From an uncultured Thiomicrospira sp. (lineage in GTDB: Bacteria > Pseudomonadota > Gammaproteobacteria > CAKMZV01), in NCBI GenBank assembly GCA_965195345.1, contig OZ239628.1, positions 387,940 through 419,939 on the forward strand: a stretch of 32,000 bases of DNA, read 5' to 3'. The stretch's first letter is position 1, and each line of letters begins with the position of its first letter. Made by a program: the position numbers and the translations under genes. Positions 1 to 10,464 of the stretch are shown here, piece by piece. The notes beneath the pieces were generated by a model. The model did not search any database. It saw nothing but the letters and a program-made list of their open reading frames with translations, and was not told the DNA's origin.

Positions 1-1
1 A

Positions 2-145
2 GAACCTATAAAAACACTGCGCAAAATTAACCCACAACCTAATAAAAAAGGTGCGTATTTTGGACAAAACGCAACGCTTTTATATGGAGAAGGATGCACT
101 ATTAAAGTAGGCGATATGTTGGTCCCGAGTGCGCAGTTGGCGTAA
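2..145 (+). CDS. C-terminal fragment of a MOSC-domain protein (YcbX-like), truncated by the window edge
   Basis: Frame 2 reads EPIKTLRKINPQPNKKGAYFGQNATLLYGEGCTIKVGDMLVPSAQLA*, resembling the MOSC C-terminal FGQN...G.I.VGD pattern. Not in the ORF track because it is partial. Confidence 0.6.
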   Translation, partial: EPIKTLRKINPQPNKKGAYFGQNATLLYGEGCTIKVGDMLVPSAQLA

Positions 146-184
146 TACGTATATATAAATATTTAATAAAACGAGAGTTAAAAA

Positions 185-649
185 ATGGAAAAAGCATGTT
201 TTGGAGCAGGGTGTTTTTGGGGTATTCAACAACGGTTTGCTCGTTTAGATGGTGTCATTGATACCCAAGTTGGCTATAGTGGGGGGAATACCAACAATCC
301 AACCTATAAGGAAATTTGTTCGGGAACTACCAATCATGCAGAAGTGTGTGAAGTACATTTTGATCCGCAGAAAAATTCTTTTGAACAGCTTATTGAAGTC
401 TTTTGGAAGATGCATGATCCAACCACGTTAAATCGTCAGGGTCCAGATTTTGGCACGCAATATCGATCGGCTATTTTCACATATAGTGACGAACAAGAAC
501 AAATAGCTCAACAGGCAAAAACGGAGGCCGCAAGTCGGTTTAGAAATCCCATAGTGACGCAAATTGCGCCCATTAATGTTTTTTGGCCAGCTGAAGACTA
601 TCATCAACACTATTTTCAGAAGCGCGGCATGGTTGGCGGTTGCCATTAG
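185..649 (+). CDS. msrA: Peptide-methionine (S)-S-oxide reductase MsrA
   Basis: FGAGCFWG catalytic motif, GYSGG, YHQHYF; length typical of MsrA. Confidence 0.97.
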   Translation: MEKACFGAGCFWGIQQRFARLDGVIDTQVGYSGGNTNNPTYKEICSGTTNHAEVCEVHFDPQKNSFEQLIEVFWKMHDPTTLNRQGPDFGTQYRSAIFTYSDEQEQIAQQAKTEAASRFRNPIVTQIAPINVFWPAEDYHQHYFQKRGMVGGCH

Positions 650-724
650 TGGAGTGCATATAAGACGAGCCTCTCTTCGGAGAAGAAGTAGATATGCTAT
701 CGGCTGTATGGGCGAAGTGTTCGC

Positions 725-2683
725 TTAGCGTATATCCAACACTTGGTTAAGGTCTTGGCAAACATTTTGGTCATTGCTATTGCACACCCTAATCGTTATT
801 GTTGAAATGCCCGTTGCTACAGTACTGCTTGCTGCATAGGTAATCCTAGAAAAGGGTGTAGCAGAAAAGCCACCATTGTCATCCATCGTTGCTATTGATG
901 AATTCGATGCCTCGATACCTTCAGGTAAATTTTGGTATTCAACACTCCATGAGTTGGTTGAATCAGGGAAACCTATATCATAAGGCAAAAATGAATAGCT
1001 ATTAGTAACCGAACTACCACGAACTATCTGACAACCATCTGCGCAAGGCAATCTACTGGTTATCCTTACGGGTATTTTCCTAGTAGGAATTATTGGACTT
1101 AACCGAAGATCAAACGATATTCTCTCGTCATCAGTATGACGAACGAGATTCTCGACATAAACTCCGAGTGCCTCAGCGATATAACCATCAGATGTTAGTG
1201 CAATGTTCAATTGATCCGGAAAGCTGTGCTCATACATTCCGATTATCGGGTTGTACCTCACAGGAGTGTTTGTCCCTGTGCTGAATTGGACTGAAGCTGG
1301 AGAAGCATCTAACAACATATTTCCTTGATAAACCAAGAGTCCATTCACTGAATTAGTAAATGATGAATGTCTTAGACTATAGTTGATCGTACTCGCCGCG
1401 ATATTTTGTATCCATAAATCGCTCGCCCAATACCCTTGAAAATCAATTCTAATTGAATTATGGCCTAAGGTGCTGTTCTCAGGATATAAGGTTACACTAT
1501 ATGTCTGAGTCGCCTCATTAGGAGGTGTGGCTTTTATTATTCTTGTTGAAGAACTATCAAACCAGCCAGACATATTACGATTAAGTGGATTCAGGATATT
1601 GGAAAATATTCTAGATGAACCCATTAAGTCATAGAAATTAAAACTGTGGTTTACACAGATGTCACCTATGGGGGAAGTTGGACTATTACAGCTTAATAGC
1701 GCTGGATGGATGGCATTGCCCTTAGTGTGTATATATTCATGCACTAGAACACTGTCAATGTTGAAAAAACCATTGTTGCTGCTAATACACTCATCGCTTT
1801 GAGTAAATAGAACTTGGTGGCCAAAGCATTGGTCAGTCAATAAAGAGGAAGTAGAGCCATAAATGCCTATCACCGCAGTTTCGCCATAGCTCGTTCCAGC
1901 AATATTCACAGGTTCTTTTGCCGCTCCAGTATTTCCCATCAACCCTCCTGTATCAGTGCTTTCGTAGACGGCATAAATAATGTCATAATTTTGTGGGATG
2001 AACTGATTGGTCTGAACAGCCAAGATCACATCAGCGTTTGTCATCCAATAGTCTGGACCAACTCTTGTGGCAGTAATCGTTGATATATTTTCAGCGGATA
2101 GGAAATAAGGTCCGAAACTATCAATTGTGCCGACTGACTCTTGATTCAAGCTCGCCGATTCTAGAAGTGTTCTCGCATTATTACTACCATTGTCTGCAAA
2201 ACGACTGCTGATGGAAGTGGTTGTCAATCCAGTGGTGCTTCCTGTTTCTTTGAACAAAATAACAGCTATACTTTGATCTCGTACAGCATCCTTAATCATT
2301 GAGAAACCAGCATTGATTGTTTCATTAAAACTCATGGAGATGGTTAAAGTACCATCAGCGAGGCTGGCTATATCTATATTTGGAAGCAGGAGTCTTGGGG
2401 TAAGTTGCATACCACTGCCATTGACGGTATTAGAGTTTTGGTCAGTAATTGAGTAGGTATATCTTGTATCGGAGGGAATATTGCTAAAAATAATATCCAA
2501 TGAATTTAATGGATATCTAGGAGAAATACTAATCTCTGGCGCGATCTCATTTCGTAGGTCGATCATAGGATCAGTGCCATTTCCTAAATTCCCCGAACCG
2601 CCTTCTGTGCCGTCTGAACCACCACAACCACTGATGATAAGGAAACTCAAGGTGATAAGCAGTATTCTATTAAATCTTAACAT
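725..2683 (-). CDS. Secreted lipoprotein with zincin-like HEYIH motif and a possible C-terminal Ig-like domain
   Basis: N-terminus MLRFNRILLITLSFLIISGCGG is a signal peptide with lipobox. VLVHEYIHTKGN fits HExxH. Family not recognised. Confidence 0.55.
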   Translation of the reverse strand: MLRFNRILLITLSFLIISGCGGSDGTEGGSGNLGNGTDPMIDLRNEIAPEISISPRYPLNSLDIIFSNIPSDTRYTYSITDQNSNTVNGSGMQLTPRLLLPNIDIASLADGTLTISMSFNETINAGFSMIKDAVRDQSIAVILFKETGSTTGLTTTSISSRFADNGSNNARTLLESASLNQESVGTIDSFGPYFLSAENISTITATRVGPDYWMTNADVILAVQTNQFIPQNYDIIYAVYESTDTGGLMGNTGAAKEPVNIAGTSYGETAVIGIYGSTSSLLTDQCFGHQVLFTQSDECISSNNGFFNIDSVLVHEYIHTKGNAIHPALLSCNSPTSPIGDICVNHSFNFYDLMGSSRIFSNILNPLNRNMSGWFDSSSTRIIKATPPNEATQTYSVTLYPENSTLGHNSIRIDFQGYWASDLWIQNIAASTINYSLRHSSFTNSVNGLLVYQGNMLLDASPASVQFSTGTNTPVRYNPIIGMYEHSFPDQLNIALTSDGYIAEALGVYVENLVRHTDDERISFDLRLSPIIPTRKIPVRITSRLPCADGCQIVRGSSVTNSYSFLPYDIGFPDSTNSWSVEYQNLPEGIEASNSSIATMDDNGGFSATPFSRITYAASSTVATGISTITIRVCNSNDQNVCQDLNQVLDIR

Positions 2684-2795
2684 TCGTATTTTGAAAATAA
2701 TGAACTATCTTTATTAATAACTCTGTGCCTCCACAAGCAGTACATTGTACAGGATATACTTTTTAACTGCCCTTAGTTTAAAGATTAAGGATTTT

Positions 2796-5225
2796 TCAGC
2801 TTTTCAGACGAGCATTGTCGGGGTCAAAAACAGGATTTAGTTCAACGTGACCATGGCGCATGCCAAGTGTTGTTAGCACTTGTAAAGGCAAAGATTGTTG
2901 ATTTATTTCAGGCGAAACATAAGCAAAAGCGAGACTGCGCCCGACACGATGACCAAATGCGCCACTGGTTGTCAAGCCAACAAGGATACCCTCAGAATAG
3001 ACGGCCTCGTTGCCCCAGCATTCGCAAGGAATGTCATCATCAAAAACAATAAAGACTAATTGCTGATCAACGCTGTTTTGCATACGTTGAACGAGATTGT
3101 CTCGACCAATAAAATCTCGGGATGTATCAACAAATCTTTGCATTCCAGCTTCTACTGCGCTTATTTCTTCAGTGAATTCATGCCCCCAAGCACGATAGGC
3201 TTTTTCCATGCGCATGCAATTCATGGTGTATCCGCCAAAGTGGCAGAGACCTTTACTTTCTGAGCAGACTTTTTCCCCTGCCTGTTGCAGTGATTCATAA
3301 ATTGACATCAATTGCCAAGTGGGCATGTGCAACTCGTAGCCTAACTCGCCAACATAGGATACCCGTGTTAGCTGCACAGAGGCACTGTCGAATATTACAT
3401 TTTTAGAGGAAAGCCAAGGCATAGCGGCGTTTGATAAATCTGCTTCAGTACAATGTTGTAATACATCGCGTGATTTTGGACCTGTAACTAAAACGGCACC
3501 TATTGAGTCAGTAACGTTCTCTAAATGAATGTTAAAGTTTTTTGCATGCGTTTGCAACCAATGAAAATCACGATGCTCAGCGGCGATTGCGCTTTGTAAA
3601 TAGTAGTTTTCTTCATCAATGCAAGTAATGGATAATTCGGATACGATGCCACCATTTCGGTTATGTAGTAAGGTTAATCCGATGCGCCCTTTTTTTGGTA
3701 ATTTATTAGCAGATAATTGATTTAAAAATATATTTGCATCTTTACCAGTCACTTTAAACTTCGCTGATCCAGATACATCAGATATTCCAGCTGAATTGTG
3801 AATTGTTTGACATTCTTGGGCAACGGCATAGTGCGCTTCACTGCGAGACCATGTAGATGCTTCTTTTGGTGTTTCAAGTGTCTTAAACCATAAGGGTTTC
3901 TCGTAACCTTGTACAACCCCGTGTTCAGCACCATTAGCAGCCAATTCAGCATAGAGCGGACTAGTACGTTTTGCGCGGGCAACGTGTCGGTTTTCATTAG
4001 CGCCCATAGCAGTGTACATAACCTCATAAGATTCAATGCCTTTTGTAATGCAATAGTCTTGATCTGCCCAATTACTAAAACGGCGAGAATCGAGGGGTGC
4101 CATATTGATTTCAGTTTGTCCGTGTACCATCCACTGCGCCATAAACTTGCCAACTCCACCCTGAGCAATGCCGATGCTTGATCCGCATAAATTCCAAAAA
4201 TTTTGTAGCCCTGCTTGTGGACCCGCTAATAAGTTATCATCTGGTGTGTGTGTAATCGGACCGTTGATGATAGTGCTAACACCGACTTCAGCAAAGGCAG
4301 GAGTGAGTTCCATGCAACGTTCAAGAAAAGGCATTAATCTTGTTAAATCGCCTTGAAATAACTCCCGATCAAAGCCCCAGTCGACGCCATTCAAAGCCCA
4401 TGGTTTTGATCCAAATGTTTCGTAAGGACCAACTAAAAAGCCGTCCCCTTCTTGACGAATGTATGAACATGAATAAGAGTCGCGGCATACTGGAAGCTCA
4501 AAATCAAGCGCTTTAATTGCTTCGTGCGCGTCTGTGACTAAATATTGGTGCTCCAAATTTACAATTGGTAATTGCACACCTACCATATTAGCAACTTGAG
4601 GGGCAAAACAACCTGCCGCATTGACCACATGTTCGGCAATAATGGTGCCTTTTTCAGTCACTACTTGCCACTCACCGCTATCTAGTGGATTGATTTCTAA
4701 AACTCTATTAAAGCGTTCAATAGTTGCACCGTTAGCGCGTGCCAATTGCGATAAAGGCATAACTACAGAGGTCGGATCCACATGCCCATCATCTGGGGTG
4801 CTGACGATGGTGCGCGCACGTGAGAAATCCATTAAAGGGTTTAATTCTTGAGCCTCTTCTTTGCTAATAAAGTTAAAAGCACAGGGAACGTTTTTAGAAC
4901 GACTCAACAAATTGTTAAACCATTCTTCTTCCAATGCGCTGTAACCAATTCTCAAACTGCCTGTCGTATGAAATGGCGTTGGTTCACCTGTTTCTTTGGG
5001 AAGAATGTCTCTATACAATTCAATCGAATATTGATGGATTTTTGCCACCGTCATGTTGCCAATAAAATTGGAGCAAAGACCCGCAGCATGCCAAGTTGAT
5101 CCGCTTGTAATTTCGCCTTTTTCAACAAGCATGACATCAGTCCAGCCTTCTTTGGTGAGGTGATAAAGCAGACTTACTCCAAGGGATCCTCCACCAATGA
5201 TTAAAACTTGAGTATGTGTTTTCAT
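2796..5225 (-). CDS. FAD-dependent oxidoreductase with GcvT/aminomethyltransferase-like C-terminus (dimethylglycine/sarcosine dehydrogenase family)
   Basis: N-terminal dinucleotide-binding motif IIGGGSLGVSLLYHL and GSTWHAAGL. C-terminal GcvT-like features include GYELHMP, MEKAYRAWGHE and VSAVEAG-like EISAVEAG. Confidence 0.85.
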   Translation of the reverse strand: MKTHTQVLIIGGGSLGVSLLYHLTKEGWTDVMLVEKGEITSGSTWHAAGLCSNFIGNMTVAKIHQYSIELYRDILPKETGEPTPFHTTGSLRIGYSALEEEWFNNLLSRSKNVPCAFNFISKEEAQELNPLMDFSRARTIVSTPDDGHVDPTSVVMPLSQLARANGATIERFNRVLEINPLDSGEWQVVTEKGTIIAEHVVNAAGCFAPQVANMVGVQLPIVNLEHQYLVTDAHEAIKALDFELPVCRDSYSCSYIRQEGDGFLVGPYETFGSKPWALNGVDWGFDRELFQGDLTRLMPFLERCMELTPAFAEVGVSTIINGPITHTPDDNLLAGPQAGLQNFWNLCGSSIGIAQGGVGKFMAQWMVHGQTEINMAPLDSRRFSNWADQDYCITKGIESYEVMYTAMGANENRHVARAKRTSPLYAELAANGAEHGVVQGYEKPLWFKTLETPKEASTWSRSEAHYAVAQECQTIHNSAGISDVSGSAKFKVTGKDANIFLNQLSANKLPKKGRIGLTLLHNRNGGIVSELSITCIDEENYYLQSAIAAEHRDFHWLQTHAKNFNIHLENVTDSIGAVLVTGPKSRDVLQHCTEADLSNAAMPWLSSKNVIFDSASVQLTRVSYVGELGYELHMPTWQLMSIYESLQQAGEKVCSESKGLCHFGGYTMNCMRMEKAYRAWGHEFTEEISAVEAGMQRFVDTSRDFIGRDNLVQRMQNSVDQQLVFIVFDDDIPCECWGNEAVYSEGILVGLTTSGAFGHRVGRSLAFAYVSPEINQQSLPLQVLTTLGMRHGHVELNPVFDPDNARLKS

Positions 5226-5350
5226 GAGTCGTTATTTAGATTTTGTACGCATTATACGCATTTAGAATTGTCACATAAAAGCGTTTTTTGTACGATTGAT
5301 TACAATCAGTATGCAGAATTGGGAACCGCAGATGCGGCATAAGCTCAAAA

Positions 5351-6733
5351 TTAAAGCGATTTTAAAACTTCATCAAGGCATGTTTGAGCATTGCCAAATA
5401 ACATACGAGTGTTAGGCATATAAAACAAAGGATTATCAACGCCAGCATAGCCAGTTGCCATTGATCGTTTAAGCACAACACAAGTCTGACTTTTCCATAC
5501 TTCAAGTACAGGCATGCCAGCAATAGGACTATCGGGTTGATCTAAAGCAGATGGATTGACGATATCATTCGCACCAACAACTATCGTGACGTCAACATTT
5601 GGAAAATCATCGTTAATTTCTTCCATTTCAAAAACAATATCATAAGGTACTTTTGCCTCAGCTAACAGAACGTTCATATGTCCAGGCATACGACCAGCAA
5701 CAGGATGAATAGCAAAACGTACATCAATGTCTTTCTTTTTAAGTGTTTTGGTGATCTCGGAAACCGTGTGCTGCGCTTGTGCTACAGCCATACCATAGCC
5801 AGGAACGATGACTACTCGTTTGGCGTTTTTGAGAAGTTCTGCCACTTCGTTGGCATCGGTTGGTGTTACTTCGCCCTCAATTTTAGTCGCTGCTGAAGGT
5901 TTGGAAATGCCAAAGCCACCAGAAATCACAGAGAGAAAATTACGATTCATTGCTTTACACATGATGTAGCTAAGGATCGCACCAGAAGAACCTACCAGCG
6001 CACCAGTCAAAATAAGCAAATCATTGCTTAACATGAAGCCCATAGCAGAAGCTGCCCATCCTGAATAGCTGTTAAGCATAGAAATGACCACAGGCATGTC
6101 TGCGCCACCTATTGAGGCAACGAGATGAATGCCCAAGATCAAAGCCATAACCGTTACTAAAATAAGCCAAATAAGTGCAGTATTTGAATCTGCTGTCGAG
6201 ACAAATTGAATGCATCCATAAATGGCTACTGCAATAATTATTAAATTTATGACATGTTTTAAGGGCAATACTAAAGGATTACCGCTTATCTTAGCACTTA
6301 ACTTGAGATAAGCAACGATTGACCCTGAAAAAGTAATTGCACCGATAAGAATACCAATACTTGTTTCAACCAGATTAATAGTGTATTCGACACCTACGTG
6401 CTTAATAATTGGGTCAAAGAAGTTCCCAAAACCAACGAGAATAGCAGCCATGCCTACAAGGCTATGGAGGACAGCTACAAGCTCTGGCATTTGGGTCATT
6501 TGTACTTTACGTGCCAATACAACGCCAATCGTTCCGCCAACGACCAGCCCCCCAATAAGAATTACAATGTTATTGGAAGTGAGCGCAACGGTTGCTACTA
6601 TAGCGAGTGCCATACCAATCATACCGTACAGATTGCCTAATCGAGCGGTTTCAGGGTGGCTGAGACCACGAAGAGTTAGTATAAATAAAATGGCGGCGCC
6701 AAGATAAGTAGCAGTTACTAAAGTTTCTAACAT
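5351..6733 (-). CDS. pntB: NAD(P) transhydrogenase subunit beta
   Basis: Polytopic membrane N-terminus and C-terminal dIII domain ([46 protein letters not shown]). Confidence 0.97.
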   Translation of the reverse strand: MLETLVTATYLGAAILFILTLRGLSHPETARLGNLYGMIGMALAIVATVALTSNNIVILIGGLVVGGTIGVVLARKVQMTQMPELVAVLHSLVGMAAILVGFGNFFDPIIKHVGVEYTINLVETSIGILIGAITFSGSIVAYLKLSAKISGNPLVLPLKHVINLIIIAVAIYGCIQFVSTADSNTALIWLILVTVMALILGIHLVASIGGADMPVVISMLNSYSGWAASAMGFMLSNDLLILTGALVGSSGAILSYIMCKAMNRNFLSVISGGFGISKPSAATKIEGEVTPTDANEVAELLKNAKRVVIVPGYGMAVAQAQHTVSEITKTLKKKDIDVRFAIHPVAGRMPGHMNVLLAEAKVPYDIVFEMEEINDDFPNVDVTIVVGANDIVNPSALDQPDSPIAGMPVLEVWKSQTCVVLKRSMATGYAGVDNPLFYMPNTRMLFGNAQTCLDEVLKSL

Positions 6734-6770
6734 TATTCTTCCCAGATATTAATTTATTCGTTTAATTGGA

Positions 6771-8315
6771 TTATCTTTGAAACATGCCAAGCATGCGTTT
6801 GGTTACAGCAAAACCGCCAAAGATATTGATAGCAGTGATCGTACAGGCAATAGCAGCAAGTATCAACACGATGTTTTGTTGAGAATCTATTTGTAAGACA
6901 GCTCCGACAATGATGATACTACTAATGGCATTGGTGACACTCATCAATGGCGTGTGTAGTGCTGGTGTCACATTCCAAACAACCATGTAGCCAATGAAGC
7001 AAGATAATATAAATACGGTAAAGTGTGCCATAAAGGACGCAGGTGCTGTCAAACCGACTCCAACCAAACACAACGCCCCCAATACAAATGCCCATGCAGA
7101 CTTATTGGATGATTCAGGTTTTTCAGGGACAACAGGTATTTCCTTTGGTTTTGCAACTGGTGGAGCAGATACTTTCACTTCGGGAGGTGGCCAAGTAACT
7201 TTGCCATCGTGTACAACTGTCAAGCCACGAATAACGTCATCTTCCATATCAACTACGAGCATTCCGTCTTTTTCTGGACACATGTCATTAAGAAGATGGC
7301 GAACATTGGTTGCGTAAAGTTGGCTCGCTTGTGTTGGCATACGACTGGGCAGGTCTGTGTAACCAATAATGCTAACCCCATTTTTGACGACTACCTTATC
7401 CATTTGAGTGAGTTCGCAATTGCCGCCTTGTTCGGCAGCCAAGTCAACAATAACACTGCCATTTTTCATGAGTGCAACAGTATCCGCTGTAATTAACTTA
7501 GGTGCAGGGCGTCCAGGAATGAGGGCAGTGGTAATGATAATGTCGACTTCTTTTGCTTGTTCAGCAAACAATGCCATTTCAGCCTTAATAAATTCATCAC
7601 TCATTACTTTGGCATATCCACCTTCACCAGAGCCATCTTCTTCAAACGCCAATTCGAGAAACTCAGCGCCCATGCTTTCAACCTGCTCTTTAACTTCAAG
7701 GCGCGTATCAAAAGCACGAACTATTGCCCCCATGCTGCCAGCCACACCAATAGAAGCAAGACCAGCCACACCCACTCCAATGACCATTACTTTAGCGGGT
7801 TGAACCTTTCCAGCAGCGGTGATTTGTCCTGCAAAAAAACGGCCAAAATGTTGAGCGGCTTCAATAACTGCTCGATAACCTGCAATATTTGCAGTCGAGC
7901 TTCTAGCGTCAAGTTTTTGTGCTCTGGAGATTCTTGGAACATTGTCCATTGCCAAAGCCAATAATCCTTTTTCCGCAAATTTTTTCAATAAATCTGGATT
8001 TTGGGCGGGCCAGATATGGGTAATTAGTGTTTGTCCTTTTTTAAGAAGATCAATTTCTTCACAACCGAGATTTGACTGGAAACCTAATTCACCGACTTTA
8101 ATAATAATGTCGTTGTTCTCCCATAAAGAACGCGCGCAGGAATCAATAGTGGCACCGGCTTCTTGATAGTCTGCATCACTGTATTTCGCTTCTTTCCCAG
8201 CGTCCTTTTCCACATTGACTTGAAAACCAAGTTTGATTAAATGAACGACCACTTCAGGGGTGATGGATACCCGTTTTTCCGCCGGGTTGGTCTCAAGTGG
8301 GATTCCAATTTTCAT
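6771..8315 (-). CDS. pntA: NAD(P) transhydrogenase subunit alpha; start chosen at MKIGIPLE, the ORF-track start is 8375
   Basis: MKIGIPLETNPAEKRVSITPEVV, VIGVGVAGLASIGVAGSMGAIVRAFD, then C-terminal transmembrane helices. Confidence 0.95.
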   Translation of the reverse strand: MKIGIPLETNPAEKRVSITPEVVVHLIKLGFQVNVEKDAGKEAKYSDADYQEAGATIDSCARSLWENNDIIIKVGELGFQSNLGCEEIDLLKKGQTLITHIWPAQNPDLLKKFAEKGLLALAMDNVPRISRAQKLDARSSTANIAGYRAVIEAAQHFGRFFAGQITAAGKVQPAKVMVIGVGVAGLASIGVAGSMGAIVRAFDTRLEVKEQVESMGAEFLELAFEEDGSGEGGYAKVMSDEFIKAEMALFAEQAKEVDIIITTALIPGRPAPKLITADTVALMKNGSVIVDLAAEQGGNCELTQMDKVVVKNGVSIIGYTDLPSRMPTQASQLYATNVRHLLNDMCPEKDGMLVVDMEDDVIRGLTVVHDGKVTWPPPEVKVSAPPVAKPKEIPVVPEKPESSNKSAWAFVLGALCLVGVGLTAPASFMAHFTVFILSCFIGYMVVWNVTPALHTPLMSVTNAISSIIIVGAVLQIDSQQNIVLILAAIACTITAINIFGGFAVTKRMLGMFQR

Positions 8316-8770
8316 TCCAGAACTCATGTTAACCTCTTGTAAAAATCTTTCCTGTGTTTGGTAATGCGTATTCAACGTATTTGTATTTCAGCATGCAGCA
8401 AAAACTTATCCGTTACGCGTTTTGGTATTGCCTCTATAGGCAAAGGGTTGGGTATTTTACTTTGTTCTGGCATGTTAGTTGGGTCAAAAAACGACAGTCA
8501 TCAAAAAATTGCATTGGAAGACTTATGAAAAACATTTTGGTTACATCTTACAAAAAGCTGTTTTAAATTTAATTTAGCAGTAATTTCAAATGAAATGACG
8601 AGGCTATAGAAAGTAATAAAATTTGCGCTTTTAGTCGAGTACCGACTCAGATTATTAAATCTCTACTATGCATTGTGCACAACGCGCTACTCGTTTCTCA
8701 CATCAACTATATTGGTACTATAATGCGCTATATATTTTTTTAATTTTTCAATTTAAAATATGTAGTAGTT

Positions 8771-9577
8771 ATGACGGTGCAAAAATTTGACATAAAGGTT
8801 TTTGAAAAGGGCGTAATGTCGAGACGCGCTGTTGAACCTGTGGCAATTGAAAGCGCAGTAAGCATCACAGTTTATGAACGAGACGAAGAACATGTTTTGG
8901 TTACTACTTTATGCACGCCGTGTGATTTAAAGCAGATGGTTTTGGGTTTTTTGTTTTCGGAAGGTTTAATCAGCAGACATTCCGATGTTAATATTACTTT
9001 TAACGATACCAACCCTTTTCAAGCGCAAGTGAGATTCGTGCAAAAGGTTCATTGGAAGCAATCTATACGATCTTTTGTGCAACATGGCGGTTGTGGTTTA
9101 TGCAGTAAAGCAGTGTTGGAAAAAATTAATAAGCCAGTGCAAGGAATGGCAAAAGAAGCGAGGCTGCAAGTATTAACTCCAAGTAATATTATTCATCTTT
9201 ATCAGCAGTTATCCCTCAAGCAACCACTATTCTCTGATACTGGAGGGACACACGCTGCAGCACTATTCGATTTTAAGGGTAAGATTCTGGGTGTTTATGA
9301 AGATGTGGGTCGACATAATGCAGTTGATAAAGCAATCGGACATGCTTTACAAAATGATTGGGAAATTCATAATAAAATTTTATGGGTGAGTGGGCGCGCA
9401 GGATTTGAATTGGTTCAAAAGGCAGTGAATGCCAATTTTGCTGTGATGTTATCAATTGGAGCGCCTACGTCGATGGCGGTCGAATTGGCAGCGGGAACGG
9501 GATTGGTGTTAATTGGGTTTTTTAAATATGGAGAGGAAGGGCTCTCTGATAGTTCGTATAACATTTATAATGAATAA
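8771..9577 (+). CDS. fdhD: Formate dehydrogenase accessory sulfurtransferase FdhD
   Basis: GGTHAAALFD, DVGRHNAVDKAIG, SGRAGFELVQKA, CGLC (CxxC); upstream of a formate dehydrogenase cluster. Confidence 0.95.
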   Translation: MTVQKFDIKVFEKGVMSRRAVEPVAIESAVSITVYERDEEHVLVTTLCTPCDLKQMVLGFLFSEGLISRHSDVNITFNDTNPFQAQVRFVQKVHWKQSIRSFVQHGGCGLCSKAVLEKINKPVQGMAKEARLQVLTPSNIIHLYQQLSLKQPLFSDTGGTHAAALFDFKGKILGVYEDVGRHNAVDKAIGHALQNDWEIHNKILWVSGRAGFELVQKAVNANFAVMLSIGAPTSMAVELAAGTGLVLIGFFKYGEEGLSDSSYNIYNE

Positions 9578-9619
9578 TTATGTAAATTAGAATATTTTTG
9601 ATTTGTTTTTCAAACTAAA

Positions 9620-10000
9620 ATGAACACTATGAAATTAAGAATTTGGGGGAATAAGATTCGCTTGCGTCTTAGAACGGATGATTTTGATGCATTGCTCAGT
9701 GGTGATGGGGTTGTTGAACATATGCTTGAGATGCCAAGCGAGCAAAGTTTCATGTATCGATTGAAGGTAAGCAATGGCGAAAAAAAGGTCGATCCAATTT
9801 TTAAAAATGGTGTGCTTGATGTAGTCGTACCGATGAAAGCATTAGAGGCTTTGCTCAATTCGCCCGAACAAGAAGGACTGCATTATCAATTTGATACAGC
9901 AGGTACGCCATTAAAGGTTGCTGTTGAGAAAGATTTTCCGTGTCAACATGACCATGTTGATGAACCGAATGATTATTCAACGTGCTTTGACAGATTTTGA
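9620..10000 (+). CDS. Small conserved-looking soluble protein of unknown function within the formate dehydrogenase cluster
   Basis: Lies between fdhD and fdsG. Starts MKLRIWGNKIRLRLR and ends in a His/Cys-containing tail (CQHDHVDEPNDYSTCFDRF). Confidence 0.6.
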   Translation: MNTMKLRIWGNKIRLRLRTDDFDALLSGDGVVEHMLEMPSEQSFMYRLKVSNGEKKVDPIFKNGVLDVVVPMKALEALLNSPEQEGLHYQFDTAGTPLKVAVEKDFPCQHDHVDEPNDYSTCFDRF

Positions 10001-10023
10001 AGCCAATAGTTAGAGAGAATGCA

Positions 10024-10464
10024 ATGAGTATTGAAGCTATTATTGATAAATGGATTGACCAGTCAGGTCCTTTGTTGCCTATTTTGCTTGATGTCAAGAA
10101 AGAATATGGCTCTATCAGTGATGAGGCAATCGATGAGATAAGTAAAGGGCTAAATTTAAGCCGTGCTGAAGTATATGGAGTGGTTAGCTTTTATGAAGAT
10201 TTTCATCGTGACTCCCTCGTAAATTCTAAGGCAAAGCGCATTATAAAAGTATGCACTGCTGAAGCTTGTCAAGCTCAGGGTTGTCGTACGCTGGTCAACC
10301 AGTTGGAAGAAAAACACAAGCAGAAACTCAATGAGAAAGGAACAGATATCACTATTGAGTCGGTGTATTGTCTAGGAAACTGTGCGTTAGGTCCGAGTGT
10401 GATGTTAGGAGATTGCGTTTTTGGTAGAGCAACTTTGGAGAAAGTAGATAAATGGATAGCGTAA
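10024..10464 (+). CDS. fdsG: NAD-dependent formate dehydrogenase gamma subunit (NuoE-like 2Fe-2S); the ORF-track start is 9997
   Basis: Thioredoxin-like 2Fe-2S pattern CTAEACQAQG...CLGNCALGP; located directly before the beta subunit gene. Confidence 0.9.
   Translation: MSIEAIIDKWIDQSGPLLPILLDVKKEYGSISDEAIDEISKGLNLSRAEVYGVVSFYEDFHRDSLVNSKAKRIIKVCTAEACQAQGCRTLVNQLEEKHKQKLNEKGTDITIESVYCLGNCALGPSVMLGDCVFGRATLEKVDKWIA

Noticed and set aside
650-724. CTCTC-TTCG-GAGAA hairpin after msrA as a terminator
   Set aside because: Stem of only about four pairs and no T-run. Not strong enough to list.
3060-5099. Plus-strand ORFs opposite the DMGDH-like gene (3060, 4168, 4621, 4848 etc.)
   Set aside because: Short, low-complexity or basic translations with no recognisable features, fully antisense to a well-supported CDS.
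7408-7803. 131-aa plus-strand ORF opposite pntA
   Set aside because: Shadow ORF of a strongly conserved gene. The Ser/Thr/Pro/Ala-rich translation is typical of antisense frames.
8376-8770. AT-rich intergenic region with short palindrome AGTCG-agtac-CGACT near 8635-8650, considered as an sRNA, repeat or mobile remnant
   Set aside because: Five-bp arms only and no poly-T tail or repeat copy seen in the window. Likely the divergent promoter region between pntA and fdhD.
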